Position numbers and translations under genes: made by a program
Part shown: positions 11,154 to 23,100 of the stretch, one piece after another
Layout: every line of letters starts with the position of its first letter
How positions within the stretch are numbered: the stretch's first letter is position 1
DNA from: Hormiphora californensis
Taxonomy: Eukaryota; Animalia; Ctenophora
Direction of reading: 5' to 3'
NCBI GenBank assembly: GCA_020137815.1
Contig: CM035357.1
Span: 2,852,001 to 2,916,000 of the forward strand
DNA: 64,000 nucleotides
Notes under the pieces: model-generated
Database searches by the model: none
Seen by the model: the letters and a program-made list of their open reading frames with translations, nothing else
Told to the model about the DNA's origin: nothing

Positions 11154-14100
11154 CTTGATTATCAGGTTCCTCTGTGGTTGTAGTATCTGGTTCAGTAGTG
11201 GGTGGAGCACATGCATTACAGGATAGTTGACAGTTAAGAAGCATGTACTTGGGGTTGTCCGCACACTCTCCCCAGTCCTTCCACTTAGGACAATCTTCGT
11301 GATAGTCATGACAATCTGACGAAGGAGATACTTGGTGGTAACCATGGTGATATGGTAATGTGAGTTGTAGCAATCGCCTGGGTATCTGGTACACGGTTAT
11401 TAGTTATTATGGTGATGCTAAATCGCTTGTGGGTAAATAATTATTAATGCGGGTGGGTGATGGGATGGGATATGGAAAATTAAACTATTTACGGAGTGCA
11501 GCGATAGGATGAGGAATCAGAGTGTAAACATAGTGAGAGTCTATAAGATAAACAATCATAGCCTATTGATATTACATGTTATAGGTAGGTGATCTACCTC
11601 GTTAATTTCTTTTACTCTTTTAGCATTTCCATTCTTGAATAATAGCTTTTGTTTTGATGACGTTTCCCGAGAGAACCCCAGAGAATATTCTGGCATTGGA
11701 TTGTGAGATGGTTGGGGTTAGGGGCGATGGATTGAATATAAACGGGTTGCCGCGAGAGGAGGGTGCATTAGCAAGATGTAGCATTGTTGATTACTACGGT
11801 GTAGTTATTTACGATGAGTATATTTGTCCTAACAAAGAGATAATCAACTATCGAACTCGGTTAGTAACGATGTTTTCTACGTAATAGTCCTGCATTGGTT
11901 AAGAATCAAATGTCCAATCATGTCCATTTTCCAAGAATTATGTTTTCAGGTTCAGTGGAGTCACAGGGGAAGATATGGTGAATGCAGTGCCCTTCGAAGA
12001 AGCCAGAGGAGACATAGTTCAAATTATCTTTGGCAAATTCATCATTGGTCACGATTTAGAAAAAGATTTTGATGTCATTTGTTACCATCCACCAAAGCAT
12101 TTTTGGCTGGATACGTCAGAGAACCAATATCTGCGACGCCTTGCCAATCATTGTTCACCTCAAAAGCCTAGTCTCAAGAACCTCGCAAGTAAGCTATTTA
12201 TGTACGTGATAGGTATCTGTCTGACGGCGTCAGACCTGTCTGGCGCCGCAGACCCCATCTAAGAATCAAATCGGGGTCTGGCGCCGCTAGACGTCTAAAG
12301 TTTAGACTCTAAACTATGGTAGGCGGTAAATGTTAACCAGATCTGAGAGAAAACGTACGTGCAAAACCACGTTTTTGTCCATAACTCAGTCATTTCTTGA
12401 CCAATTTGCAAACTCTTGGGCGCGTTGGAAAGAGGACATTGAGCTCTTTCAAATGAGCCCAATAAAACTAAAATCGGCGCAAAATGCGCGGCGTCATGGC
12501 GCAAAACGTGCGTTTTCGCCACCACGCCGCGCAATTTGCGCCAATTTTAATTTTCTTGAGCTCATTTGAGAGATCTCAATGTCCTCTTTCCAATGAGCCA
12601 AAGATTTTGCAAATTGGTCAAGAAATGGCTGAGTTATGGGGAAAAACGTGCGAAATTCTCACAGATCTGGTTAACATTTACCGCCTACCCTAAACTATCG
12701 CTGTCCCTATCTCCCTCCATATCTCATTTCCCTCAGGATGTATTCTAAACATAGATATCCAAAAAGGCCGACACGACTCGATTGAAGACGCCAGAGCTGC
12801 CTTGAATCTATACAAGTTTACTGAGCATAGTCATAGTTGGTATGATAATACTACATCCAAAGTAAAAGTCATAAATTCGGAATCGGCGAATTGCAGGCAA
12901 CGACATGATCAAGAGGGAAACAACGACAACGGTTCTGGATTTTGTTCCAAGTTAATTGCACTGGTCATTGCTGTACTGGTCATTGCAGTTTACATGGGTA
13001 ATCGATCTGAATAATCTTGTTTGTATCTTGTTTGTATTCTTTAATTTTGTTCCTTTGAACATACAATAAATTCGCGGTTAAACTTCAGTGTATTTACCAA
13101 ACATTCATAAAGTCCTATGTCCATTTCTTACCTCCATCACACCAGTGACAGGAGAGAGGACAGTTTTCCAGCATTTCCTGTGGCTTGGTATAGCAATCAC
13201 CCCATTGAGCCCAGTCGTCACAGTTTTTGTGGTGGTCCAGACACTCTGCAGGAATGATGAAGTTAATAAACTAACTAATTAGTTAACAGGAAGCAGAGTT
13301 TCGACATAACCTGGCAAACCACTCTGCATACCCAATATATTTCATGGGATAATTGACAACAAAATAGAGGTCAGCTGGATAGGGGCCCTCCAGCCTCCCC
13401 TCTTTCTATTTTCTTCTTCACAAAATGATTTAAGATTTTACTAAATCCACCTACCGGGATCGGGTGTTGGTGGAAAGGTAGGGTTCACTTCTCCAGTTCT
13501 TAGCACAGGATAGTAAATATAGTCCCATACTCGACAAACGTTCCTTCCCCGTACTATGTTCATGTATCCATCCGATCCTAAAAGTAAAATTTGCTCACGT
13601 ATTATATAGAGAAGCAAGAATTGGTGGCAATGGTATCAAATTAATACATATATAGAGAAGCAAGAATTGGTGGCTATGGTACCAAATTAATACATACCCC
13701 ACCAAGTCCCCCAGCTGTTTTTAATGGTATAAGAGTCAGGGGTGTAGGCCACCACAACTAGGGCGTGGTTCGTGTTGGTAGTCTCGTACCCCGTACAGTC
13801 TTCAATACCATCATACAAACCTGGAGATGTATAGATTTGGAAGGAGGCGGGCGTTCGGACCTTCATGTGGTTCGGGTAATATGAAAGTGAAGGGTGGCCG
13901 GGGCCCCGCTATGGAATATATCTCGATTATAGATCACGAGATGATTTTAAGAGGATATCCTATATCAGAGGATTTTAACCACTTGTCATCTAAAACAACC
14001 TACCATCAGTATACTCGAAGGCGGTTCCTCGAAAGTACATCCCAACTGAGGTTGGGCTGATTGAGACTCCTTTCTTTAGACTTTCATCACTGGGCGGAAG

Positions 14101-14793
14101 GTGAACATACCCAACTAGCTTCCTGGTGAAAAGTTATCGTAAAATTTCTTTAGGAGAATTTAATTGGTCCAACAAACTGGGTCTCATTTGAAATAAAGAA
14201 GATCGTACAAGTACACGAATCGAGCTATCAACATACGCTTGAGTCATGCTGTTAGGGGTTGTATCCCTGCTACATGTCCCTCTATCACTAGCTATGTAGG
14301 GGTAGTCGTGTTCAGATGCAAGATGACCTGATCTCCCTACGTAGTCCCATGTCTCGTAGAACCACCCTCCTGTAAATAAATAGAGGATGGAGTCTATCTG
14401 CTGTTATTTGCTAGACGTGAAATGAAATAATGTTGTTCAAGACTATCCGATCCCCGATATCTCATTTGCGGGACTTCAAACACACAATAACTCTAACTCA
14501 AAGTACTACTGCACTAACCTCTGCATCCATCGTATCCAGGATGTATGTGCTCCCAGGTACAGTCCAACAGCTCCTGCTCAGAGAAAGATACCAACTCCCC
14601 CGTTGCAATAGCATACGCTCCTTCTAAAGCCCCAGTGGAGGCAAAGAGATAACATCCCGCACATTGTCCTTGTTCTTTTATCGGTGTTACCGCGTTCTTC
14701 TCCCTCCAGTCGAGGGATTCCGGAAGAGTTTCCTCCTCGGAGAATGTCAGTGCTGCCGGCAGTTCGTCTTCTTCTTCCTCCAAAAGTAATTCA
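11154..14793 (-). CDS. Papain-family (cathepsin L-like) protease with C-terminal ShKT exons, copy A
   Basis: Exons 14793-14519, 14369-14237, 14122-14004, 13820-13698, 13577-13455, 13245-13132 (ShKT), 11315-11154 (ShKT), all phase-compatible. Motifs LDWR, QGQCAGCYLF, SEQELLDC, NHA, KNSWG. Confidence 0.85.
11657..13014 (+). CDS. DEDDh 3'-5' exonuclease, ISG20/AEN/REXO4-like, with hydrophobic C-terminal tail (~239 aa)
   Basis: Exons 11657-11859, 11950-12188, 12737-13014. ExoI ALDCEMVG, ExoII GHDLEKDF, ExoIII HDSIEDA; C-terminus LIALVIAVLVIAVYMGNRSE; aataaa near 13065. Confidence 0.85.
12318..12689. mobile_element. Palindromic MITE in exonuclease intron 2
   Basis: TIRs ggtaggcggtaaatgttaaccagatctg; 9-bp TSD ctaaactat (12309-17, 12690-98), Merlin/MULE-type. 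Confidence 0.8.
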
Positions 14794-15427
14794 CTGGGTA
14801 ATAAATGGAAAACGTCCCTGGTAAAAATGTCGTGCGACGAATCCTTGATTAGACGCACGAATCGTGTGACAAATCTAGCGACTATACGCACGATTTGACG
14901 GACGAATCAAGGGATTAGGACCATTTTGAGTGCGTTTTGAGCCGCGCTTAGAACTGCATCGCTTTTTAGTTTAAATGCGCGGCTTTTTCATGGATTTTAC
15001 GAAAAAAAAGTTTTCAAAGAACTTGAGGATGATTTGCAGTTGCGGTGTTTGACATTCATAAGAAAGCAAAGCAAAGCAAATCAAATCAAAGCAAAAGTAA
15101 ATGGTGAAAATATATTTGACAAATCTATAGCTCACGATCCTCTTACTATGAGTCTACCAATTAGCGGTTGCAGTCTCACCGAAATGTGAGAACAGGCGGG
15201 ATCCTACTAATTCCAGTATGGTAGCTGTCTCATTGCCGATTGGTAATCAGAACCTCTTTGTTAATTGGCACTCATTCAGTCGTGGCCGTTTCGCTGAATT
15301 TCTCTGAAACTCTCTCTGAAAAACTCTTATCTCATAGTATCTAAGCTAGTTCAGTTAATATAGTTTATCTCCCTCCGGTTACAGCTGCTGGTGACCTGAC
15401 AGTGTTCCATGCTCTACTGTTCAGATA

Positions 15428-15527
15428 NNNNNNNNNNNNNNNNNNNNNNNNNNNNNNNNNNNNNNNNNNNNNNNNNNNNNNNNNNNNNNNNNNNNNNNNN
15501 NNNNNNNNNNNNNNNNNNNNNNNNNNN
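15428..15527. other. Scaffold gap (100 N)
   Basis: Run of N. Confidence 1.
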
Positions 15528-17444
15528 GGTGAACATCCCAACTAGCTTCCTGGTTGAAAAGTTAATCGTAAAATTTTCGAGATCAAATTTAATTGGTCCG
15601 ACATTACTGGGTCTCATTGAACTAAAATAACATCATAACAACTACATGAGGGCTGCAACATCAACACGATTGAGTCAGGGAGTTAGGGGTGTATCCCTGC
15701 TGCATGTCCCTCTATCACTAGCTATGTAGGGGTAGTCGTGTTCAGAGCAAGATGACCTGAATCTCCCTACGTCGTCCCATGTCTCGTAGAAACCACCCTC
15801 TTGTAAATTAGATATAGATGGAGTCTGCTGTTATTTGCTAGACTTGAAATGAAATGATGTTGTTCAAGACTATCCAATCCCGATTTTGCAGGACTTTGAA
15901 CATACAATAATTCCAACTCAAAGAAGGAACCATAATAAAGTTCAAGAGCCTCCAAGAGCCTCCAAGAGCCTCCAAGAGCGCACCACAATCAAGAGAGACC
16001 AAAATCAAGAGCACACCACAATCAAGAGAGACCACAATCAAGAGCACACCACAATCAAGAGAGACTAAATCAAGAGCGCACCACAATCAAGAGAGACCAA
16101 ATCAAGAGCGCACCTCATCCAAGAGAGCTCCCTATCCAGAAGATACCAGATGTGGTGCGCTCTTGAATTAGTCTCTCTTGATTGTGGTGTGCTCTTGATT
16201 GTGGTCTCTCTTGATTGTGGTGTGCTCTTGATTTTGGTCTCTCTTGATTGTGGTGTGCTCTTGATTTTGGTCTCTCTTGATTGTGGTGCGCTCTTGATTT
16301 AGTCTCTCTTGATTTGGTCTCTCTTGATTGTGGTGCGCTCTTGATTTAGTCTCTCTTGATTGTGGTGTGCTCTTGATTGTGGTCTCTCTTGATTGTGGTG
16401 TGCTCTTGATTTTGGTCTCTCTTGATTGTGGTGTGCTCTTGATTTTGGTCTCTCTTGATTGTGGTGCGCTCTTGGAGGCTCTTGAACTTTATTATGGTTC
16501 CTTAGTAGTGCTGCATTAACCTCTGCATCCATCGTATCCAGGATGTATGTGCTCCCAGGTACAGTCCAACAACTCCTGCTCAGAGAATGATACCAACTCC
16601 CCCGTGGCAATAGCATACGCTCCCTCCAGAGCCCCAGTGGAGGCAAAGAGATAACACCCAGCACATTGGCCCTGTTCTTTGATCGGTGTTACCGCGTTCT
16701 TCTCCCTCCAGTCAAGGGATTCTGGAAGAGTTTCCTCCTCGGAGAATGTCAGTGCTGCCGGTAGGTCGTCTTCTTCAGCTTCCTCCAACAGTAATGCACT
16801 GGGCAACAAATAATATGTTATTTCCCAATTCAAGGTCTACCACCATCTTGAGCTAAGCGATCTCGCCATTAGAAATATCTCATTATCTCAAGGCCTTCGC
16901 CCGAGCAGCTGAGTGGTCTAGGTTAGGCCATGACACCACCTGCCAATACTTCTACCCAGCACGGAGACCCCGGACCCCGTTTTGGCATTGACGTGTCTAA
17001 GTGTTGGCATGTTGTCAGATGATTCATTTTACCTGGAATAAGATGTGTTTCTGAGTCCCAGGTACTGTTGCCGTTCAGCTGCTGACATGTAGGTGAATCT
17101 GTTAACAGCACAACGGTACCCCCTACCCTCAGAGTTACACCGATCTACTACCTTCACATTCTCCCTGAGGGGATAATTGATTATTAAACGAACATTCTCG
17201 GTCCGGCAAATGGAATCGGAATGAAGAGTAAATGGAGTATTGCAGAACTAAGAGAGGGGAATGACAAGGCATATATACTATTCATCATAGACCTTAAAAA
17301 CTTCCGTTGTTTTCATATATTATTATATTTATACCTGTAAACTTTGTGACGGCTTTTGTCATTGTAAAACTCCTCCTCAGCAGCTGTACTGACACAATTA
17401 CAACAACTAATAAAAAGTAACAAAGGGAAAAAGACCAATGTCAT
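15528..17444 (-). CDS. Cathepsin L-like protease, copy B (5' part: signal peptide, I29 prodomain, mature N-terminus); cut by the gap
   Basis: Exons 17444-17335 (MTLVFFPLLLFISCC...HKVY), 17164-17033 (ENVKVVDRCN...VNRFTYMS...YLG), 16798-16521 (mature region identical in aa to copy A). Indel-containing copies of the next exons lie at 15528-15800. Confidence 0.75.
15924..16503. mobile_element. Foldback-like element with inverted arrays of ~21-bp subrepeats in a cathepsin B-copy intron
   Basis: Ends aaggaaccataataaagttcaagagcc / ggctcttgaactttattatggttcctt; caagag(c/a)... arrays switch orientation near 16145; absent from the equivalent intron of copy A. Confidence 0.7.
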
Positions 17445-17915
17445 GATATGAAGAATCTTCAAAGACGCTAAAATAAAACTAATGCAATGGTGGTATAATA
17501 GTCTACTGTATGTGTCTCACTTTAATATACTAGGCTTGATTGGATGCAGGAGAGTGAAGAGAGAGAGAGGTGCCAATCAAATTATAGATCTAGATCCTGA
17601 CTAACAATAGCCAGGTGTAATTGCAAGAAATATTATTCTTACGTATTATGCCATAAAATCAGGCCTGGAAATATGGGCAAATTGACACAGAAAAAGTATC
17701 CCCGGCGATTAATAGAGTTAGACGAAGCGGAGTTGATAAACTCGGATATCTGTGTTCTTCGATCGGTCTGCACAGGTGTGAACTGGTGTGAACTAGAGTG
17801 TACTGTGATTGTGAGCGAGTTGACTCAGTCGAGGTCTGTTAGGCGGTCTTTGGAGCATCGTCAATCTTACTATAATACCATTCAGGTTGCGTCAATATTA
17901 AAACAACAAATTTAC

Positions 17916-18641
17916 CTGGTAATGGGACGTAGTCGTAGTTTGTGCAGGGCATCACAGGACATAAAAAGTGAACATCATTAAAGCAACAGCTTGAAGTTAT
18001 GGTTATAGGACGACCATTACATCTCGTACTATTTCCAAACTTCTCTTGCCCATACGCACAGCAGTGTTTCCCGTACTTGTAGGCATAGGGATGCGATCTT
18101 GGGCAAGAACCACCTACAAAGTAATAGCTGATTGTTAGGTAGTATGGAAGATCTAGTAGGACGCACTACAAATTAAAGAGGAGTAATAGCTGATTGTTAG
18201 GTAGTATGGAAGATCTAGTAGGACGCACTTTATTGGCGCCAATCGGCGCCAATAAAGACCCGATTTCACGGGATTTTTTGGTACATTGGCGCCAATTGGC
18301 GCCAATAGTTGGCGATTGCGCACCACCGCCAATTTGGCGCCGATTGGCGGTCAGTTTGGCGCCGATTGGCGCCAATAAAGTGCGTCCTACTAGATCTTCC
18401 ATACTACCGATTGTTATACTAACTGGTTCACATTAACAAGACGCCATTCGACCTGTCTAGCGCCGCCGACCCCATCCGAGCGCATTGTAAAATTGGGGTC
18501 TGGCGCCGTTTCAATAACTCATGTGACTCTCCAGACGACCAGACGGATCTAGTGGCAGTGAAATATGAGTAATGCAGTTGTCTTACCTTCGGTTGCAAGG
18601 TTCACAGGCAACAATAAAATGAAAAGCAGAAAACGCCTCAT
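17916..18641 (-). CDS. Small secreted Cys-rich protein (exons 18641-18587, 18113-17916; 3' end unresolved)
   Basis: Signal peptide MRRFLLFILLLPVNLATE spliced in phase to GSCPRSHPYAYKYGKHCC...CNG...SSCC...CPVMPCTNY (8 Cys). Confidence 0.65.
18200..18408. mobile_element. Palindromic MITE (Merlin-like)
   Basis: Long TIRs ggtagtatggaagatctagtaggacgcac; 8-bp TSD gattgtta (18192-99, 18409-16). Confidence 0.8.
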
Positions 18642-18923
18642 CGTTGGGTCAAAGATGAAGCGTTTGACGTTGCATTTTCAGTTTTAAAGAATAACGGCTC
18701 GAGTAGAACTATCTCTCTCGCTTGACATGAGATAAAGCCCATTTTTTTATCTCACTCCGTGACTAAGTCTAACCATCTCTGACGTGTCTAAGCTTGAGGA
18801 TAATGTAACACATCTTTGCCTCCCATTATCTCACCATTGTTTTCTATGTTTCTTACTCAATGTGAGCTGTGCCAAAGCTAATGGCATTGATGCAGATGTT
18901 TTTCATAAAGCATATTAAACATA

Positions 18924-19562
<639 letters not shown>

Positions 19563-20180
19563 ATACATGCTGAAGCCTGAACTCGTAAAAGTAAAAGCAT
19601 GCTGTCCTTTTCTTACCAATCAGGTATCCTGTCTAAATCTCTGTGAAGTGGTTCCATTTCATTTGCCTGTTTAATCGATCGCTAGCTCTAGGAAGCCATT
19701 TTAAGTTTGATGATTCTTTGATATGCAATGATAAGAATGATAAAAATTGTAGTGAATGTTCTGAGTATCAGATCTTGTACTCTATTCAGATTGCTATGTT
19801 GAATAAATATATTAACGACATCTGTGCCGTCTCTGGAATCAGGTGGCTTTCTAGGAACTGGCCTGCTATGCTCTATCTCTCTCTCACTCCCTCACTCACT
19901 CTTTCCGACTTCATCACTATGTTTACTTTGCTGTACCCCTCACCTTCGCCCTCTTTTCGTCTTGAAATCTTCAGTGTTTTTGGCAGTGTGATTTAGAATA
20001 ACTTGTCTAGAGACTGTAATTTGTAGCCATCTTTTTCATATCGTAAATCACTTTTAACTGCTTTTAACTGCTATTAAACTTAAGTTACAGTCTAGAAAAT
20101 TAAACCTTATTTTACATTGACTATGTCCAAAATACAAACTCCCCCAGTTTAAATACTATTTCCTGTGGCCTAGTAAAACT

Positions 20181-23100
20181 ATGACAGAACCAACAACTAC
20201 AGCTGGAAGAGGTCTCATCTCACAGATTTTTCGAGGGCTTCACAAAAGGTCTACAAACATCGGAGTGAAGTTTTGAAATGTGATATGAAGTTTGGAGTTT
20301 ACCTACCCCCTGGATACCAACAGGACAGGTGGGTCAGTGTGCAGACTCTCAATATTATAGGTACTCGAATATACACATTTGATAAAAAAGAAACCAATCC
20401 TTCTTAATTCCAATTAAACTCACCTATAATCTTCCTATTAGGAAAGAAGGATATCCACTGTTATACTTCCTATCTGGCCTAACTTGCACAGAGGACAACT
20501 TTATTATAAAAAGTGGGATGCAGAGATTTGCTGCAAAACACGGTTTTGTTGTTATCAACCCGGATACTAGCCCTCGTATGTACTATACCTAATTAATTAG
20601 TAAACTAATTAACTAATTACTGATTAGAATCTTGATTAGCGATGACTTCTAAAGCCTCAAATCTTAACCACTCTCGAACCACTCTAAACCACTATAAACT
20701 ATAAAGTACTATACCTAATTAATTAGTTAACTAATTAATTAATTAACTAATTACTGATTAGAATCTTGATTATAGATTACTCCTACTACTTAGACTTCTA
20801 TCCTAACCACTCTCATCACTCTAAACCACTCTTAGTCTCTTAACCACTCTAAACACCACTTTAGGTGAGTCTAACCACCCCGGAGAGCATGACGACTATG
20901 ACTTCGGGTCGGCTGCTGGGTTTTACCTGAACGCTACCCAGGAACCATGGTCCCAGAACTATCACATGTACGATTACATTGTAAACGAGGTATGAGGGAG
21001 GGAGGGAGGTATGAGGTAGGGAGGGATGTACGTCTAATGTCTATGAGGGACAGGGGGGGGGAATGCGGATTGGGATCTCTTTCCCAGCTGCCATATAATA
21101 ATCTGGTAGGCCAATCAGTTCAGGTGTGTTCAGGTGTATTACAGACTACAGTAATATCATCCTTTACATGTACTGTTATCCCTTCGCTTATTCCATCCCT
21201 TTCTTCTATAATTCTAACCGGCTACCTACCGAAAGTGAAATATAAAATGACAATATCAGTTTGATCTTTTGGATACCTTTCTCAAGGTAGTTTAGAGACG
21301 TCCAAGGTGTTCAGTTTAACCACCTTTTAGTAAAAGGTGGTTAAACTGAACACCTTGGACGTCTCTAAACTACTCTATCAAACTGATATTGTCATTTTAT
21401 ATTTATTTTATATATGTAAAAGTTTTACAAATACACACAGCTTGAAATTAGACAGCTTCTGATATATCGATTATCTGAAAGCTGTTAAAAAGAAAGTTTT
21501 ATAAGCTACTCAATCTATATTTAGCCGTTACGTCACCTACCAATACTTTTTATAGATTGGGGTAAAATGGTCCACTGGGCAAAGTGGCACATGTATGGGG
21601 CAAAATGGTCCAAGTTATTACATGTAGACACGTGACTTTTTCTCCAGCGGAGACCTGCTCGTTCTGTTCCGAATTTTTGCTTTAAAACTGCTGTAATTTC
21701 TGTTTGAGTTGGCCGATTTTTATTTTGCAAAAACTGCCAGTTAGGTTTTTTATCCTTCTAAAACTTGGTATAAAAAATTTTCAAAAAACCCACTATTAAG
21801 TTGATTAAATTGTCAAATTAGTAAAATTGGGGCAAAGTGGTTCACCCTCTCTGGGGCAAAGTGGTTCACCCTGGGACCAATGAAATCGAGTCTCACACAA
21901 GTGATTGGGATAATCAGTTTGGGAGTCACCGCGTCACACCGCTCAAAGAGCTTGGTAGAACGTCGGCTTAGTATCACCAACCAACCAACCAATCATCCTT
22001 TACATCCAGTTCAGAGAGGTAGTGGGAGCTAATTTTAACGTTGATTCGCAGCGGCAAGCTCTCAGTGGACACTCTATGGGTGGTCATGGCGCTCTGGTTA
22101 TTGGAATGCGCAACCCCACTCTATTCAAGGTACAATTATAGTTCAATGTGTTCTTCTCCTAATTGTGGGGACCCCATCGTCCCCTGTTACAACTCCAACG
22201 TTTTCGTTATTTTCACCAGACATAGTGTTATACTGCTACAAACTAGTACAACAACTGACAATTGTATAGGGTAGACCGGGGTAATTTGGACGGTTTTTGC
22301 ATTCAATTGGTATTTCAAGAGCCATTAATTTACTTAATCAATTATTTAGCTACTCAATTTGTGCAACTGAACCTTTATCTTGAGCCTCAGAACAAATTTG
22401 AATCGAAAACATAACTTTTAGATAGCTAATTAACCTTGTTAATGAAGGTAAGTCGGAATATTTTTGATCGCGAGACACGGGGCAATTTGGACTAGTGGCT
22501 TCTACACCAATCACAATGCGCGCATTCAGTCACGTGACCGCGACACACCACATTGCCCCAGCTGTAAATCTGCGATGTAAATCAGACCGAGGTTGGGGCT
22601 ATTTGGACAAACTTAGATTGTAGCCACAGTTTTTGAGATATCGATTTCAAACTTTTCAGTCATCTAGTAATTTAGTATCCCGTGCTATTCCTTTTTTCAA
22701 AATTAGTTAATTAAGTAGTAATTAGCCTAATTAACCAAAAAATTAAGTGTTCATCAGATCTATATCTATAGGGTGCATTTTCGAAAGCTCAGGATTAGCC
22801 TAGTCGATTAGAAAAAGATTTAATCTAATCCCAAATAGGGTTTTTGAGAAAATCGACATCAAAGATAAAAGAAACCACAAATAAAGCTACGGTTTTCAAA
22901 GGAATGCTGTTTGTGTTTTCAGGTGCTTACAAGGCCAGAAATTACTATTATGGGGATCCAGTCTAATTAATCATGTTAGTGGCCGATTCCCACTCAATGC
23001 AATTCCATGGGGTTACTATAGCAACGGAGTTTGTTACCATAGCAACCGGCGAATTTGCATTAATGTACTATTTTCTTGCTCCAAATTCACCCATTACATC

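Noticed and set aside
20181-20328. ESD as a pseudogene because of frameshifts in exon 1
   Set aside because: The indels fall at A-runs, and all other exons, splice sites and catalytic motifs are intact; consensus error is more likely.
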